Assembly: GCA_964016885.1 (NCBI GenBank)
Contig: OZ024742.1
Coordinates: 282,162,001-282,226,000, forward strand
DNA: 64,000 nucleotides
Direction of reading: 5' to 3'
Origin: Eledone cirrhosa
Taxonomy: Eukaryota
Shown: positions 13,672 through 30,039 of the stretch, piece by piece
Numbering within the stretch: position 1 is the stretch's first letter
Layout: each line of letters begins with the position of its first letter
Position numbers and translations under genes: made by a program
Notes under the pieces: model-generated
The model's input: the letters and a program-made list of their open reading frames with translations, nothing else
Databases searched by the model: none
Told to the model about the DNA's origin: nothing

Positions 13672-14450
13672 GAAGATACGACTTCCATTTCATATTCTCA
13701 TTGAATAATAAACAGAGCCGACTGGTTTTAAAGCTTAAAGTTGTGGAGTTGTGGATCCGCCATATCTATTAGACTTATTAAGTTTGACAGGCCATGAACT
13801 TTGTTGAATATTAAACATCTTAGCCCCCCTCTCTACTCGTAAAAGCATTCTAAGATGTGTAGGTGGACGTATCTCTTCTAGTGACTGATCTTACACATGG
13901 CCGTGTCAATAAAATGTCGTATTCTTGGTTGAAGTGTCAATGGTTCGAATAAAATTGTCGCCGACGCCGAGACAGTTACGTTTGTGTTCATATAATTAAT
14001 GCGGAGAGCAAACCCAAACCAGAAGACCCGTAGCCTAATGGTTAGGCTGTACTTGTTTTGTTGCTTGCTCATTCTGCTCAAACTAGAGTGTACATAGATA
14101 CATTTAGCCTCGAATTGAACTGTATCGCCACATAACACCTAACCAACATTTCTATCGATTTATGCCACTTTGGTATGCAAATATGGAGCTTTAAATCTAA
14201 ATTGTTTTGTGATCTGAAGTTCAAGTGTCTTTTTTAATTAATTAAAGGCTCTCATACGATGTTCATATGCTAGGCTAACTGAAGATGTTAATAGAGCCAA
14301 GTATATGGATTGATTCTATTAATCGTATTATCTTCCAGCGGTTTACCTTATCTATCTATTACATTGGCTTTGGTAAGAATGGGAGATAATTCCGTACAAG
14401 TTCCGTAGCTACAGAAATAGTGAAAGAAGAATGACTAAGTCAAGGAATAA
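13670..14450 (-). pseudogene. Possible highly decayed PLE (RT C-terminus / GIY-YIG remnant)
   Basis: Scattered short peptide similarities only (NYLPF, LQPRIRH, HILEC) with many frameshifts; abuts a (TA)n tract. Confidence 0.25.
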
Positions 14451-15155
14451 TATACAGTTTGGCAAAGAAACATAACAGTGTTGAGAATAAATAAGATAGT
14501 TCAGTATGGCTTCAACTCTAGCTATGAATGAAATAGAAATAGTGTCTAGCTGATGTGATTTAAAAAGGTGGTTAAAATGCAGAGTGGTTTGGAGGTCTGA
14601 AAGAGGTCGATAGAAAAAGTACAAGTACAGTTCTGGAGTAGATTTTTTCTACACATATTTCTCACGCACACATTCTCGCTTTATCTCTGGAAGAAATCGA
14701 CTGTTCCGACTTGAAGTGAGAATGGACTTCGCCGTGTGTGAAATGTCCGAGGCACACCATATCACTACAACACCCCTACGACTCCAACAGGAGTTATGGG
14801 TCCGTACATACATAGATTGTGAATCATCAACATGAACACTTCAATTGATGCGTTCTGACGGCGTGTTGAGCGATGTCAAGTCATATGGCGATTATAGATT
14901 TTGTGGTGGGATAGCTTTCGACGGGGCTCAGGGAGAAAAAACCGAACTAATAGCTAAATGAAATCTCGGAAAATAAAGCGAAACCAGCCAGGGACTGGCT
15001 ACTCTAATTAGATTCAAGAAAAGACCACCCCTTTAGATGTTATGCACAGTGACTGTCATCAAGCGAGAATTGTTTAGATTTAAAGTGGAGACAAAACATA
15101 TTAAAACACTTAAGCTGTCCAATACGTATTGTATACATGTGTGTAATATGTGTAC

Positions 15156-15187
<32 letters not shown>

Positions 15188-15298
15188 ATGAATACATCAA
15201 GCTTGTGAGTGTTGTGAGCATCGGAATGTTCATGAGTGTGTGTGCGTGTGTGTGTGCATGTGTGTATGTACGTGTATGTACACATGTGCACTTGCGGG

Positions 15299-15338
<40 letters not shown>

Positions 15339-15554
15339 TTTCCGTACGTATGTGCGCTTTCGTACCTATGAGTACGTATATGCACCTGTATGCGTAGGCG
15401 TATGTGAGCGTGCATGTATGTGTGTACGTGTGCGCGTGTGAATGCTGTGCTTTAGATTAGGCACTGGCATGACCATCGGGTGAACAAGTTTGCTTTCCTA
15501 ACTTGTGTTTACATTAGGTCCGCAAATACTCAACATCCGCTCCACAGCAGCTTC

Positions 15555-16090
15555 CTCTGCCGAAAATTATAGAGGCTCGATTCTTATAGAATTCCAGTAA
15601 TAACCAGGAACTGATTATACAGAGCGATTGCCGGTCCAGCAAAAGTTTAAAATTAGGATTGGTGCTCTGAGATAGCGATGTATATATGAATGTATGTATA
15701 GTATATATGGCAATATACCGTATGTTTAATTAAAAACATTTTGAAGACCTTGCGCTATTATTGCCAGATATAGTATACATACATTCATGTATACATCACT
15801 ATTTCAGAGCACCAATCCTAATTTTTAATTTTTGCTGGACCGGCAATCGCTCTGTATAATCAGTTGTTGATTATTACTGGAATTTTATAAGAATCCAGCC
15901 TCTATAATTTTCGGCTCTGAGGAACACCAACAGCGGGAAACAGATTCTGTCAGCTTCTCACCCTTCCTTTGCCGAAAAAAGAAGTAAGTGGCATAGACAC
16001 TACTTTAAAAATAATAGCGCAAGGTTTTCAAAATGTTTTTAATTAAACATACGGTATATTACCAAATATACTATACATACATTCATATAT
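15555..16090. mobile_element. Diverged family A retrozyme-like repeat, partial copy plus inverted ~300-bp unit; HHR motif at 15913-15955 (+)
   Basis: Homologous to 3355-3560 and its reverse complement. GGCT CTGAGGA acaccaacagcgg GAAA CAGATTCTG TC AGCT: canonical core, stem II degenerate. Confidence 0.7.
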
Positions 16091-18148
16091 ATATATATAT
16101 CCAAAATTAAAATTAAGAGTTGTCATGTCTGAGAGACATGCGCCATATCCACTGTAGAATAAGCTCAAAGATTCCAATGAATAGATCCGAGCATTACATA
16201 TCAACTAGAAATAGATTGACATACATATATATAAAATAAACATATGAAACAATCACAGGGAATAATTTGTAAAGAATGTAAGCACACATAGCTAGGTATG
16301 TAACTAATTAAAGTTTAACTAGAACTTCAAATATAGATACCTTTAAAAATGATTAATCTCCTAAATATTTCTTTAAGTAAGAAATATATTTCACCAATTA
16401 ATCCGTAAATCAAAGTGCGAGGAGGTTCTCGGAAAAGCTCTGGGCGACGACGACGAAATTGAACTGGCCAGTCTATTCCTGAGAACATTCGATCCGGAGA
16501 CAATGAACAACTTCCTGAAACCCCTAGCACGGCATTCCTACAGGGATGGGGGGGCACAGCCGTTTCAAGATAAATTCTTCTATTATTAGTTTGTCATTTA
16601 TCTGTTATCTTTTTACTCGATTTTCTTTCCGTAAACGCTCAATTTCTTTGGTTTTTTATATCGTCCCTTACATGTCGGCACTTGTAGGCAATAAAGAAAT
16701 CATGGTTATTACTGTGGTTTTTGTTATTGTTGTTGTTATAATTAAAAACAAAGGCAAGGCTCGACAAACGCAAATCCATTTAGTTTTTCAATGGGTATAA
16801 CGATAATAAATATCATATTTTAGATAGAATATCTTGTGGTAATGTTTGCCAAAACATGTGAATGAGTCTTTGAATGGCATATGTCAGACGTGGATCACTA
16901 CCCACTATAATCAGGCGATAATGAACTGTTTATAATGAGGTTCTGTTAAATGGATTAAGAAGGGAATTTTCTAATTTACTGTTGAAATTGAAACTCCACT
17001 ATTTTCTGGTGTAAAGTCTGTGTAAAGTTGGGTTTATGTGGATCTTTCTTCTGTTGCACTTGGCTGAGCAATCAAAAATGTTTATGTTTACCGGATGAGT
17101 AGTGTAAAACATACATACATACATACATACATACATACATACATACATACATACATACATACATACATACATACATACATTTACACTATATGTGCGTGTG
17201 TGTATGTTTGCACATATACAACACCTTTCGCGGTGAATATATACATACGCACTAACAGTAAATACCGACCATATATGCTGCCGTCTAAGTGTTCAAGACC
17301 TTAAGAACTGATACCCTACTAGGTTTACAGTTTCATTTGTGCCACTTTTTTAACAAGGAATGCTAAGAATGACATTTCGTGTGAAAGGAACCAACCTTCG
17401 TCTCAACCAAAAAGAAAAATATTACACAGGACATGCTATGTGAAATGTTTTAACTGTGGAATGGAAACTACATCACAAACACGGCTTTTCCAGCAGCTCA
17501 CTAATCTGTTCATAGTGTTCGAATCAACCGCTAACACAATCTCCAAAATATAAGAAGAACATTTTAGATATTGTATTGCTAAATACACTGTGTCTGAAAA
17601 TACGTTGCGATGCTCACGGCTGGAGCCTCTCAGGTCACTGATCTGGTTAATCAAAATAGATTTGGGGCTGAACAACTACATAAACTTCTGCTACTATTAG
17701 TAATTATTTCTGAATTTGGCACAAGGCCAGCATTTTATGGCAAGGGGAACTTGATTATGTCGACAACAGTACTTAACTGCGGTACTTTTATTTTATCGAC
17801 TCCAGACGGATGAATGGCGGGATTTCACCTGAGAAAGTAAAAAGGCCGGAAGAAATACCAAAGGTAATTTTGCCCAACATCCTCATGACTGCCAATTTAC
17901 AACCTTAATATACTATAGTTGTTCGATCAATGGAACAGGCTGTTCATAAAATTAACATGCAAGTGACTGAGCATGCATAGACATATGTACTGTTAATGCA
18001 ACCTTGTCACATATAGTGTGTTACGGACAATGCTTGATAATTACGTAAAAGGTATATACATTTTGGAATATTCAGCCACTTACATTATAAGATGGAGTAT
18101 ACCTGTAATTCAAAGTTTCATCACACAGATTCTGTCATGTTAAGGGTG

Positions 18149-18470
18149 AAAATTATGTGGAATACTCAGCTATTTCACACCAATTTAACGATTCAGACTT
18201 TCGGTTGATTGAACAACTGAATGCTCAGCATCGAAACTAACAGAAGTTCTGATCTTTCAGATTCATATTTTTATCTCGGGTTTAGTTGTCAGTAAAATTG
18301 GAGTAGAAATTATTGTGGAATACTCACCCATTTTACACTAAATTAATGATTTAGACTTTCATTTGATTGAACAAATGAATGCTCACATTCGAAACCAACA
18401 GAAGATCTGATCTTTAAGATTCATATTTTCATCTCGGTGTTATTTGTCAATAAAATTGGAGCAAAAATTA
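18149..18470. repeat. Tandem duplication of a ~160-bp unit
   Basis: aaatta(t)tgtggaatactca...taaaattggag occurs at ~18149-18307 and ~18308-18470. Confidence 0.8.
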
Positions 18471-18724
18471 CCATTAATAATTCATTTCAGATATTTAAAT
18501 ATTTTAGCAACTCTCTCTACACAGCCGAAGCTTTATGTTAGACACCTGGTAACAATATGAAATGGAACCTAATGTAAGACCATAGATGACAAACATTGAT
18601 ATATTGTTTTTATTTGTTTTAATATCTAAACATGTGGTTAAACCTTTCGTTACTAAATTTCTAAACAAAACGCTGTTTGTTATTTACAAATCATTTTGAA
18701 AATAATTCAGAATTCGGAAAATTC

Positions 18725-18915
18725 TAATAATTGTTTCTACTTGTGGCACAAGGCAAGCAATTACCCCAGTGCATTACTGGTGGTTTATTTTATCGACCCC
18801 GTAAGGATGCAAGGCAAAGTTAACCTCAGCGGGATTTGAACCCAGAACATAAAGGTCCATAACTCGGTGCCGCCAAGCATAGTGTCTGACGCTCTACCGA
18901 TAGTGTCAATGAACC
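18725..18915 (-). mobile_element. tRNA-derived SINE, family 1
   Basis: Near full-length match to 7465-7646 and 63185-63372. Confidence 0.8.
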
Positions 18916-19511
18916 GACTTATAATATCACTAATTTTATCATCATTAAATAGGTGTATAGAACATTTTTAGATAAATATAACCAGTTTAAAATAGATTTG
19001 ACCCAAGAACCAAAGACTGATTCAGACAGTTTGCTGTAAAAAGGGTTAATAGTCTTGTAAATTATAAAAATTATTAATAATTCATTTCAGATATTATTTA
19101 TACATTCACTCAACTTGAAAGAATCGAAGCTTAAACTAAGACACCCGATGACAATCTAATATCAAACACATCGTAACATTGTACAGATGTCAAATATTGA
19201 AATTCTTTATATCTTTAAAGACGAGGTCAAAATTCTAAAATTATATATAAACATATTATTAATAATTCACCTCAAAAATTTTAACATTTTCTCTAAAAAC
19301 ATGAGGTTAATAGTCTGAAGAATTATAATCTTTCAATTGCTTGTATTTCTGAAACAGCTTTCAAAAATTCCAAAATGATAAAAATCTATATCGTGAAGAA
19401 AATAATTGAATTTGAACAACGACAACAGCAAAGGCGAAGACAAATTCTGTGAAAGAATATTTCAATCCCTAACTTGTTATTTTGTTGGGTTTTTTTTATT
19501 ATTTTATTTCA

Positions 19512-20897
<1,386 letters not shown>

Positions 20898-21013
20898 ACG
20901 TTTGTATATGTATAATAAAGCCAAAACAATGCAGGTATGGACATAGAATAAAGAATGCAAATGCAAAAGATATTGTTGACAAATAGTTTTTTACCTTAGA
21001 TTTATTTAAATGT

Positions 21014-21048
21014 CCTTAATTTTCGAGATAATATCTCTTCTTCAGAGG
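21014..21048 (-). ncRNA. Minimal hammerhead ribozyme motif in PLE 3' pseudo-LTR
   Basis: Minus strand CCU-CUGAAGA-A GAGAU auu AUCUC-GAAA-AU-UA^-AGG, sense to the PLE ORF. Confidence 0.65.
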
Positions 21049-21357
21049 GAAGTAAAGCGGTTAAACCAGTGTTCTAAATAGCTTACCAAGTCATGCTGAC
21101 AGGAAATGGTATGGAGTATCTGTTCTATTTCTAATGTCAAAGAGTTACGGTTAGGTGGATAAAGAGTAGTCTCCCTTTAAAAGGTTTTTTTTTTGTACAT
21201 GCCTGTTTAAGTGTGTGGGAGAATGCATGAAGGTGTAAGTATGTCAGTGTGTGTGTGTGAGTGTGAGAAGATATGTCTATACGTAAATGTGGGGAATAGA
21301 TGTTATCTCGTGTTAGAACTGGTCGTTGTGTGAGAGAGAATAAATGGAGGTGTAAGC

Positions 21358-21388
<31 letters not shown>

Positions 21389-21458
21389 CGTGTGTGTGTG
21401 CGTGTGTGTGTGCGTGTGTGTGTGGGGAGTGTGTGTAAATATAGGGCTAGAAGCTCTA

Positions 21459-22140
21459 TCAAGTTATAAATTGGGTGTTGAGTTCTAGTCTATTATTGAT
21501 TGGTGGTTGTGTTTTGTCTATAATTAGTGCTTCCTTAATTCTAAGATTGCCGAGGTTTCTTTCCTTAGTTTCTATCTTAACTGTTATGGTTTTGTCGGTG
21601 TTTTTGCATTTAACTAGGTGTTTCTTAAATGAAAAAGCGTTAGTATTGAGGTGTTTATTTATTCTTATGTGGAGTGGTCTGGTGGTGCTACCTACGTAGA
21701 AGTTGCTGCATTTGTCACACTCTAGTCTGTATACGACGTAAGCCTGGTGGCATAGGTCTGTGTTGTTGATGGGGCAGTTGGCTAGCCTGCAGCAGTTGTC
21801 ATGTCTGGTGGAGTGTCTTTTGGTTAGCTGTCCGCGTAGAGAAGGACCTGAGTGGGCCAGTTGGATATCTAGTCCCTCTCGTCTGATAGCTCTGCGGATG
21901 GCTGTTGTTGTTTCGTCACTGAAGTGTGGGAGCTTCAGGAAGCAAGTGTTAGTGCCTTGGGTGTGGTGTCCTCTTTTCTTTCTGGCACGGTTTGTGGTGG
22001 ATGTCGTGTATCCGTTGAGTTTGAGTACTTCCAGGAAATGTGTGGTGTGTGTGTCTCGGTCTCTAGCGTCGGTGCATTTGTTCCGATACGTGTAGTTCGT
22101 TCCTTATGTATCCGAACTTAGCGCCAGCTGGGAGGGCCGA
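21459..22140 (-). pseudogene. PLE RT C-terminus + GIY-YIG endonuclease (not in the ORF track)
   Basis: Manual translation: LKLNGY...FLKLPHFS..TTTAIRRAIRREGLDIQLAHSGPSLR...CPI....CHQAYVVYRLECDKCSNFYVGSTTRPLHIRINKH...LRIKEALII...QPPIN. Homologous to ORF 51597-52070. Confidence 0.85.
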
Positions 22141-22478
22141 TCTGAAATGTTCGTACATTTAAATAAATCTAAGGTAAAAGACTAATTTTCAACAATATAT
22201 TTTGCATTTGCATTCTTTATTATATGGCCATGCCTGCATTGTTTTGGCTTTATTATACATATACAAACGTTTATACCTCATTGCACAATGCTTCAAGTGA
22301 ACTATAACCTCCTCCATATATATATATATAGATTTTGAGTTTATGTTCGTTGTATACCAACACCTCAGTATGCAGGCTGCAGCACTCGACGAAGTGCGCA
22401 GGTTGGTTTGGTTACTCCGGAGTAGTGTAAAATAAAGTTAAATAAAAGTCAAATGATTAAAATTTAGCTTCGTTTATT

Positions 22479-22533
22479 ACTGCTATATATATTTCAGTGA
22501 CAGTAATCTTTGGCTGTGACCTCTTCAGGCAGT
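22479..22533 (-). ncRNA. Type I hammerhead ribozyme motif (same family as 32402/32673)
   Basis: Minus strand ACUGC-CUGAAGA-GGUCACAG...CUGUCACU-GAAA-UAUAUA-UA^-GCAGU. 22330-22650 is homologous to the 32345-32880 element. Confidence 0.75.
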
Positions 22534-23732
22534 TTGAATTAGTATGGTATAGACAAGTACATATGTTGTTTAGGTGTATAATATTGTCAATACTCTGATA
22601 TGCCCAGTTCCCTGTTGGGTTGTTATTTCAATGAGGAACTGGAGTCATATGAATTCAAACAAACGAATTTCAGTGTCAAAGGTCGTCTTCTCCTCTCATT
22701 GGTCAGTTATTAGAACATTCCTCATTCTAAGTGTTGTTATTGTTGGAGTTAGCTTAAAAATTGATAAAATGGTAGAAGGGACAAGGTGTTAAAGGAACAA
22801 AATAACAAAAAAAGTGTCAAACTTCCCATTGGTCAGTTCTGAGAGCATTCCTCAGTCAGAAGTCTATAGAATTCTTTCTGGGGTGAGGCTCCCTGTAGTG
22901 TTTTTGCCTGCTATTGTTCAGTACATTTGACCTCTACCATTATTTTGGTAGTGTTGTTGGTGTTGTGGTCAGCTTATATCTTGCTGCTGCTAACAATTTA
23001 GAAGTATCCAGTGTGTGTTTTTTCTTCATCCCTCTTGCCACCATCATAGTGGTTGTGGTGGGGGTGGGGGGTTCTTCTATGTATATGAAGAAATATAAGG
23101 CAATAAATGAAGAAAACAGAAAATAAATAAATAATATAATAAAATAATTAATATAATTTGTATAATTTGAAAATAAATAAATAAATAGAGAATAAAGAAT
23201 AAAGAATAAATGAAAAATTGGTGAAAAAGTAATGAAAATGAATATGGAGAAGTGAGAAATAATGTAGGATAAAGTGTGTGTGTGCTATAACCAATCTCAA
23301 GGTCAGAATATGTTGGATAGATTGGTATGAGACAAGATGTTAAGATGAGATAATCAAACTAAATGTGTTTGTGTCATAATCAATCTCAACTTTAAAATAA
23401 ATATAAGGTGATACAGTGAAGAGGGCAGAAAACAAATTACAAATTAATAAAGAGAAATCAAGATTTAAGATTGGAACTTGAAAATCAGAAATCTAGTAAA
23501 TTAAAAGTGTTTGTGTTATATAGATGTTGGCCAAATTATAATGGCTGTGTCCGATTCAATCTCTAGGCTATCATGGTGTCTGCTCAGCCTGGGTTGTTCC
23601 CTGTGGCTTGAGGGGAGTTCACAACCTAGGGTGTTGTTACTGCCCATATAGCTTGAGGGAGGTCTAGCCGAGAGGTGTTTTCATGTTCTTTAGAAGTTCC
23701 TATATCTTGAGGGGAGTTCACATCTTGTGTTG

Positions 23733-24497
23733 CTACTGTCCATATATCTTGAGAAAGGTCCCGGCTCTAAGGTGTCTGCATGTCCCGAAGAAGTCGGTTC
23801 TGAGGTTTATCAGGCCGCTTCCACCTCTTAGTATCTCGAGGGTCTCGTTCAGGCATAGTTTGCATATGCAAGATCCCCCTTTATCGGGTGGTACTTTCCT
23901 GATTATGTACCAGGCCAGAGAGTATGAGGTCCTGTCCAGCTTAAGCTTCCATATGAGGTCGGAGAGAGCTGTGCTTTTCCTTTTGGCCTCCTTCTTGAAT
24001 GAATGGCGATGGTTGTACCAGCGGTCTTTAAAGCTCGTTGATGTGGCTCCTATGTAGAGGTGTTCGGAGTTGGAGGTTTTAACCCTACAACCGTACACTA
24101 GGTTCTTCTTGAAGCATTCATTACCAAGGGGGCATGATTCGGAGTTTCTGCAGTTGCAGAGGGTGGTCGGCCTCTGCGTGCCTAGATTAGGGTTCCCGTT
24201 ATGTGTTACATGTTGGTCTTCCCCCAGGCTCGGTGGGGGATCCTCGGGTCTGTTTGGGTTTCTTAGATGGGCTCTGGGTCCCCCTTCCCTCCTTTCACAT
24301 GGTTCTGCTGAGTGTTTGTATTGCCATCTTCTGGTTGTGTGGTTTTTAAGCCTACTTCTGTTGATGCTAGCTATGTGTTGGGCCAAATTTCTCGTGGTGG
24401 AATACGAAAGCTTCACAGTGTGTCTGTTGAAGATCCTGTGGTATCTGTGGTCCCTCGGGAAGCATTTGTCAAGTGCTCCAAAGAATAATCGGGCCAA
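23733..24497 (-). pseudogene. PLE C-terminal region with GIY-YIG endonuclease (5'-truncated)
   Basis: FPRDHRYHRIFNRHTVKLSYS...CNCR....CPL...C....VY......YIGATSTSFKDRWYNHRHSF......TALS..IWKLK...CKLCLNE. This EN type is usually paired with YRDDG-type PLE RT. Confidence 0.85.
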
Positions 24498-24844
24498 GCT
24501 TTTCTTTAGGGCTGCTGAGTAGGGTGGGTTGTACCACGTGATTTTTCGGTGTCTCCTCCTATATGTGTGGGTCGGGGGCTTCGTGATTTGTTGGAGATTT
24601 GTTGGGTTGCTGGTGGTTTCCGCACTGTTGCTTCCCCTTTGGGCTCTATGCTTTTTGTTATCTTCGCGGCCCGAATTTGTGGTGTGGTCGTTGTCCGCCC
24701 CGGGAGATCCATCGGGGGTGGTCGCCCGTTACCCCCCCCCCCCCACGTGTCCTGCTGTTGGGGTCGTCCGTCCTGGCGTGGTTAGCGTCACGCCTGAGAC
24801 TGCTACTCATATTGTATTTTTTAAGCTTCTTATCATGTTTCCCT

Positions 24845-24913
24845 ATTTTATCTGATGAGAACGCAAATATCATCCCATGATGATATTTGTTTTTGAAATG
24901 CGCATAATATAAT
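24845..24913 (+). ncRNA. Type I hammerhead ribozyme with long stem II, canonical core
   Basis: ATTTTAT CTGATGA GAACGCAAATATCATC ccat GATGATATTTGTTTTT GAAA TGCGCA TA ATATAAT. Antisense to and upstream of the PLE ORF, just before (TA)n. Confidence 0.8.
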
Positions 24914-24942
24914 GCTTGGAACTCTTTTAACTATCTTTTGAT

Positions 24943-25022
<80 letters not shown>

Positions 25023-25034
25023 TAGATAGATAAC

Positions 25035-26515
25035 TTTCTTTTTATTTGCCACCAGGTCATCAAAAAGTGGGACAAGTACAATGAGGGGAGTTTACATAAA
25101 AAGGCGTCCTCAATAAGGAGGAGGCAATAACAAGATATAAAAATAAAATAAAATATAACAAAAATAAATTTAATAACAAAATCCTCAATAGGGAAGAGGC
25201 GCCTTTGGGGATGACACCCCCCCCCCCCCACAAAAAAAAGTGTGAACCCTTCTCCTCAGGAGCACAGAGAGGGGGTGCTCCCTTGATCTTTCATCTTCCT
25301 CACCTGTAGTCTGATGTACAGTGAAGGCCCATTCACACGGGCCATTCTCGCGACTTTCACCCATCTTTCATAAAAACGGCTGGGGTGCAGTACCTCTCTC
25401 TCCATCCTGATGCTTCTTCCGAAATGATATCGGAAGAAACGGACCAGTTGTTGGCCAGAGAGAAAGGTGTGTGACCTCAGTCCTTTTAGACGCGTCCACC
25501 ATACAACCTCTTTCGCCATGGATATTACGCACAGAAACACCGCCTCTCCTTCGTTTTTGAAGAGGGGAGGCGGCTTGATCGTTACAATAGACTCGGTGGT
25601 CAACCGGATCGGTCCACCCTTGACAGCAGTTGTTCGACATAGCCCCACAGAAGCGCAATGCCCGAGCAGTGTACCAATGCGTGTGCAACGGTTTCCTCGT
25701 CGCACACGCATCTGGGACAGATCTTTTTCGAGGGGTCCCTACCCGGGCTCCCGTGTCTGTAGAGCCTTTCTCGAACGGGCAGAGCCCCTCGGTAGCACTG
25801 CCAGGCCAGGGACCTCTGGAAGTTATCCATGGGTCCCGGGCTGAATGTCCTACCGAACAGGTTGGCCAGTTCGTCTTCCTCCATGCCTAGGGCTTCTCCG
25901 AGGGCGTCGTCGCACCTGCTACTACCAGCCCTCTATAGAATGACAAGGTGGAGTCTCCACTGACAGCCGGGTCCGCCTGCCAGAGAGCCGTGAGCGCCTG
26001 GGCACACTCGGTGTGCCAGGAGCCCAGTTTTCTCGGTCTTTGCTTGACCCATAATTGCAGTTCGGTGAGCGAGACGAGTCTGGGAAAGGCTCGCCTCACA
26101 AACGGGACCCACACCGGTTGACCGGTGAGGAATACCTGGAGGTGCCGTAGCCTTAGTGCGTGTTTACGTATCATTAGCCACGGCATCTCCAGCCCTCCTT
26201 TCGAAGGGTGTTGACAGCAGATGGATCTCCTCACCATAGGAGCCCGCTTCTTCCAAAGGCATTGGAAGAGTGCGCGCTCCATTTTGGCGAGCGTTTCCCT
26301 TGGTAGTAGATGACGGACGCTATATAAGTGTTCGCCACCTCCGCCCGACCTTTCAGGGACAGTTTGCACTCGTCCCACTTCTGGGTCAGTGCAAACACCC
26401 TGTTCGTTACCTCACCCCAGTTCTTCTCCACCTGGAGATCTGGTCCGAACCAGACCCCGAGCAACTTCACCGGGCCCTCCGTCCAGCGCCCGACGACGCC
26501 ATCGGAGGGCATCGA
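25035..26515 (-). mobile_element. 5'-truncated Tx1/L1-clade LINE (RT C-terminus, zinc finger, 3' UTR), frameshifted
   Basis: VKLLGVWFG, LSLKGRA, PSKGGLEMP, CPRC...ETVAHALVHC. Homologous to 42390-43777. 3' end aaataaaaaagaaag followed by (TATC)n/(TC)n. Confidence 0.9.
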
Positions 26516-26920
26516 TCTATGCGTGTATGTATTTATTTAATTTCATTTACCTCTGTATTTTATTTACTTTATTCTTAACTCTGAAGCCAAGAATCATTCG
26601 GTTTCCTAGTTAGAATTTTAGTCTACGACTTCTTCCCACTAATATGACGTATTATCTTCGTTTTTTCTGTTCATTGCCAGAGAACGTCTCTATGAACCAC
26701 CTAAGAGAATATTAGTCTACGACTTCTTTTATACCATAAACGTGGTTTTGTCTTTCCGTGGAATTGTTTTTCACCGCTCCAAATGATGACGTATTATATT
26801 CGTTTTTTCCCTTTCTTTGCCAGGGAACGTTTCCACGAACCAAAGTATCGTCTTCCTGTCTTCCTCCGGTTGCAACGTTTTTTGAAATATTCACTTCTGC
26901 GTTCACACATTGACTTTATT

Positions 26921-26971
26921 AGTTTCAGAAGATCCCGATAAGGGTGAAAGCAGCGATTCTTTGCTTAAACT
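26921..26971 (+). ncRNA. Hammerhead-like motif with A at core position 4 (CAGAAGA), family B
   Basis: AGTTT CAGAAGA T CCC gataa GGG T GAAA GCA gcgattctt TGC TT AAACT. Confidence 0.55.
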
Positions 26972-26987
26972 TTAATCTGTTATTTTA

Positions 26988-28602
<1,615 letters not shown>

Positions 28603-28616
28603 TATATATATATATA

Positions 28617-28656
<40 letters not shown>

Positions 28657-28720
28657 CATACATACATACAATCACATATATAAGTGTGTATATATATGTG
28701 TGTATATATATATATATATA

Positions 28721-28926
28721 GTGGTAGAACACTGGAAGGTATTATCCGTAGAACACTCAGTCCATGGAACGAGTTAGGTAGAAGTGGTTACACAACAGTT
28801 AGTTCACCATACCGAGAACAATTGTTTCACCTTAGCGGATCCTCAGCTCGTATTCGGATTACGAGCTGAGCATCCGCTAAGGTGAAACGCTTGTTCTCGG
28901 TATGGTGAAGTAACTGTTATGTAACC

Positions 28927-28930
<4 letters not shown>
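28721..28930. mobile_element. 210-bp fold-back element: tail + 70-bp inverted arms with two opposed hammerheads (28813-28850 minus, 28862-28899 plus)
   Basis: Minus: CGAG-CUGAGGA-UCC gcuaa GGU-GAAA-CAAUUG-UU-CUCG. The plus copy has CUGAGCA and CGCUUG. (TA)n on both sides. Confidence 0.8.
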
Positions 28931-28988
<58 letters not shown>

Positions 28989-29016
28989 CATATATATATA
29001 CATATATATATATACT

Positions 29017-29050
<34 letters not shown>

Positions 29051-29078
29051 TATATACATATATACATATATATATATA

Positions 29079-29120
<42 letters not shown>

Positions 29121-29130
29121 TATATACACT

Positions 29131-29164
<34 letters not shown>

Positions 29165-29184
29165 TATATACATATAAAATATAT

Positions 29185-29257
<73 letters not shown>

Positions 29258-29258
29258 C

Positions 29259-29313
<55 letters not shown>

Positions 29314-29637
29314 CATATATATATACACATATATATATATACATATATATATATACATATATATATATACATATATATACATATATACATATATATTAGC
29401 AAGACTCTTTATCTGAAAACGTGTATTGAAACCGATATTGTTATACTTTGGGAGGGTCATGTTGCCAATAAGAAACACACGCACCATTTGCTTTTACTCC
29501 AATTTACTATAAATTAAATTTATAAATTTCCGGTTGGTTGGTTCCATAACCGAACGGTCGTTCATATATTATCAAAGTTGTCTCTGATATAAACACCAAA
29601 GATTTTTATCGGATATATTCCTTCCTTATATTTTGAA

Positions 29638-29682
29638 TTACCTGATGTTGTCACCGGATTCATACTGAAATGATTATAGTAA
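29638..29682 (+). ncRNA. Degenerate hammerhead-like motif
   Basis: TTAC CTGATGT ... GAAA TGATTA TA GTAA. Stem I pairs, A9->U, stem II weak. Confidence 0.35.
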
Positions 29683-29730
29683 AATAAACCTTTCAAAGAT
29701 TTACACCAGAACATGCCTCCTGTTGTTTTG

Positions 29731-29830
<100 letters not shown>

Positions 29831-30039
29831 TAATATATATAGAGGAAAAACACAGGAGAGTGTGTTTTCATTTAAAGGATTTCGAACCACCAGGATGAAG
29901 AGAATATAAGCTAAGAGAGGTGTAGGAAAAAAACAATATAATTAAAAGTATAAATTAAAATGAGAAACCAACCTCATAACTATGTCACACATGTACAAAC
30001 TCACCAGGAGAATGATATATATGTATGTATATATATATA

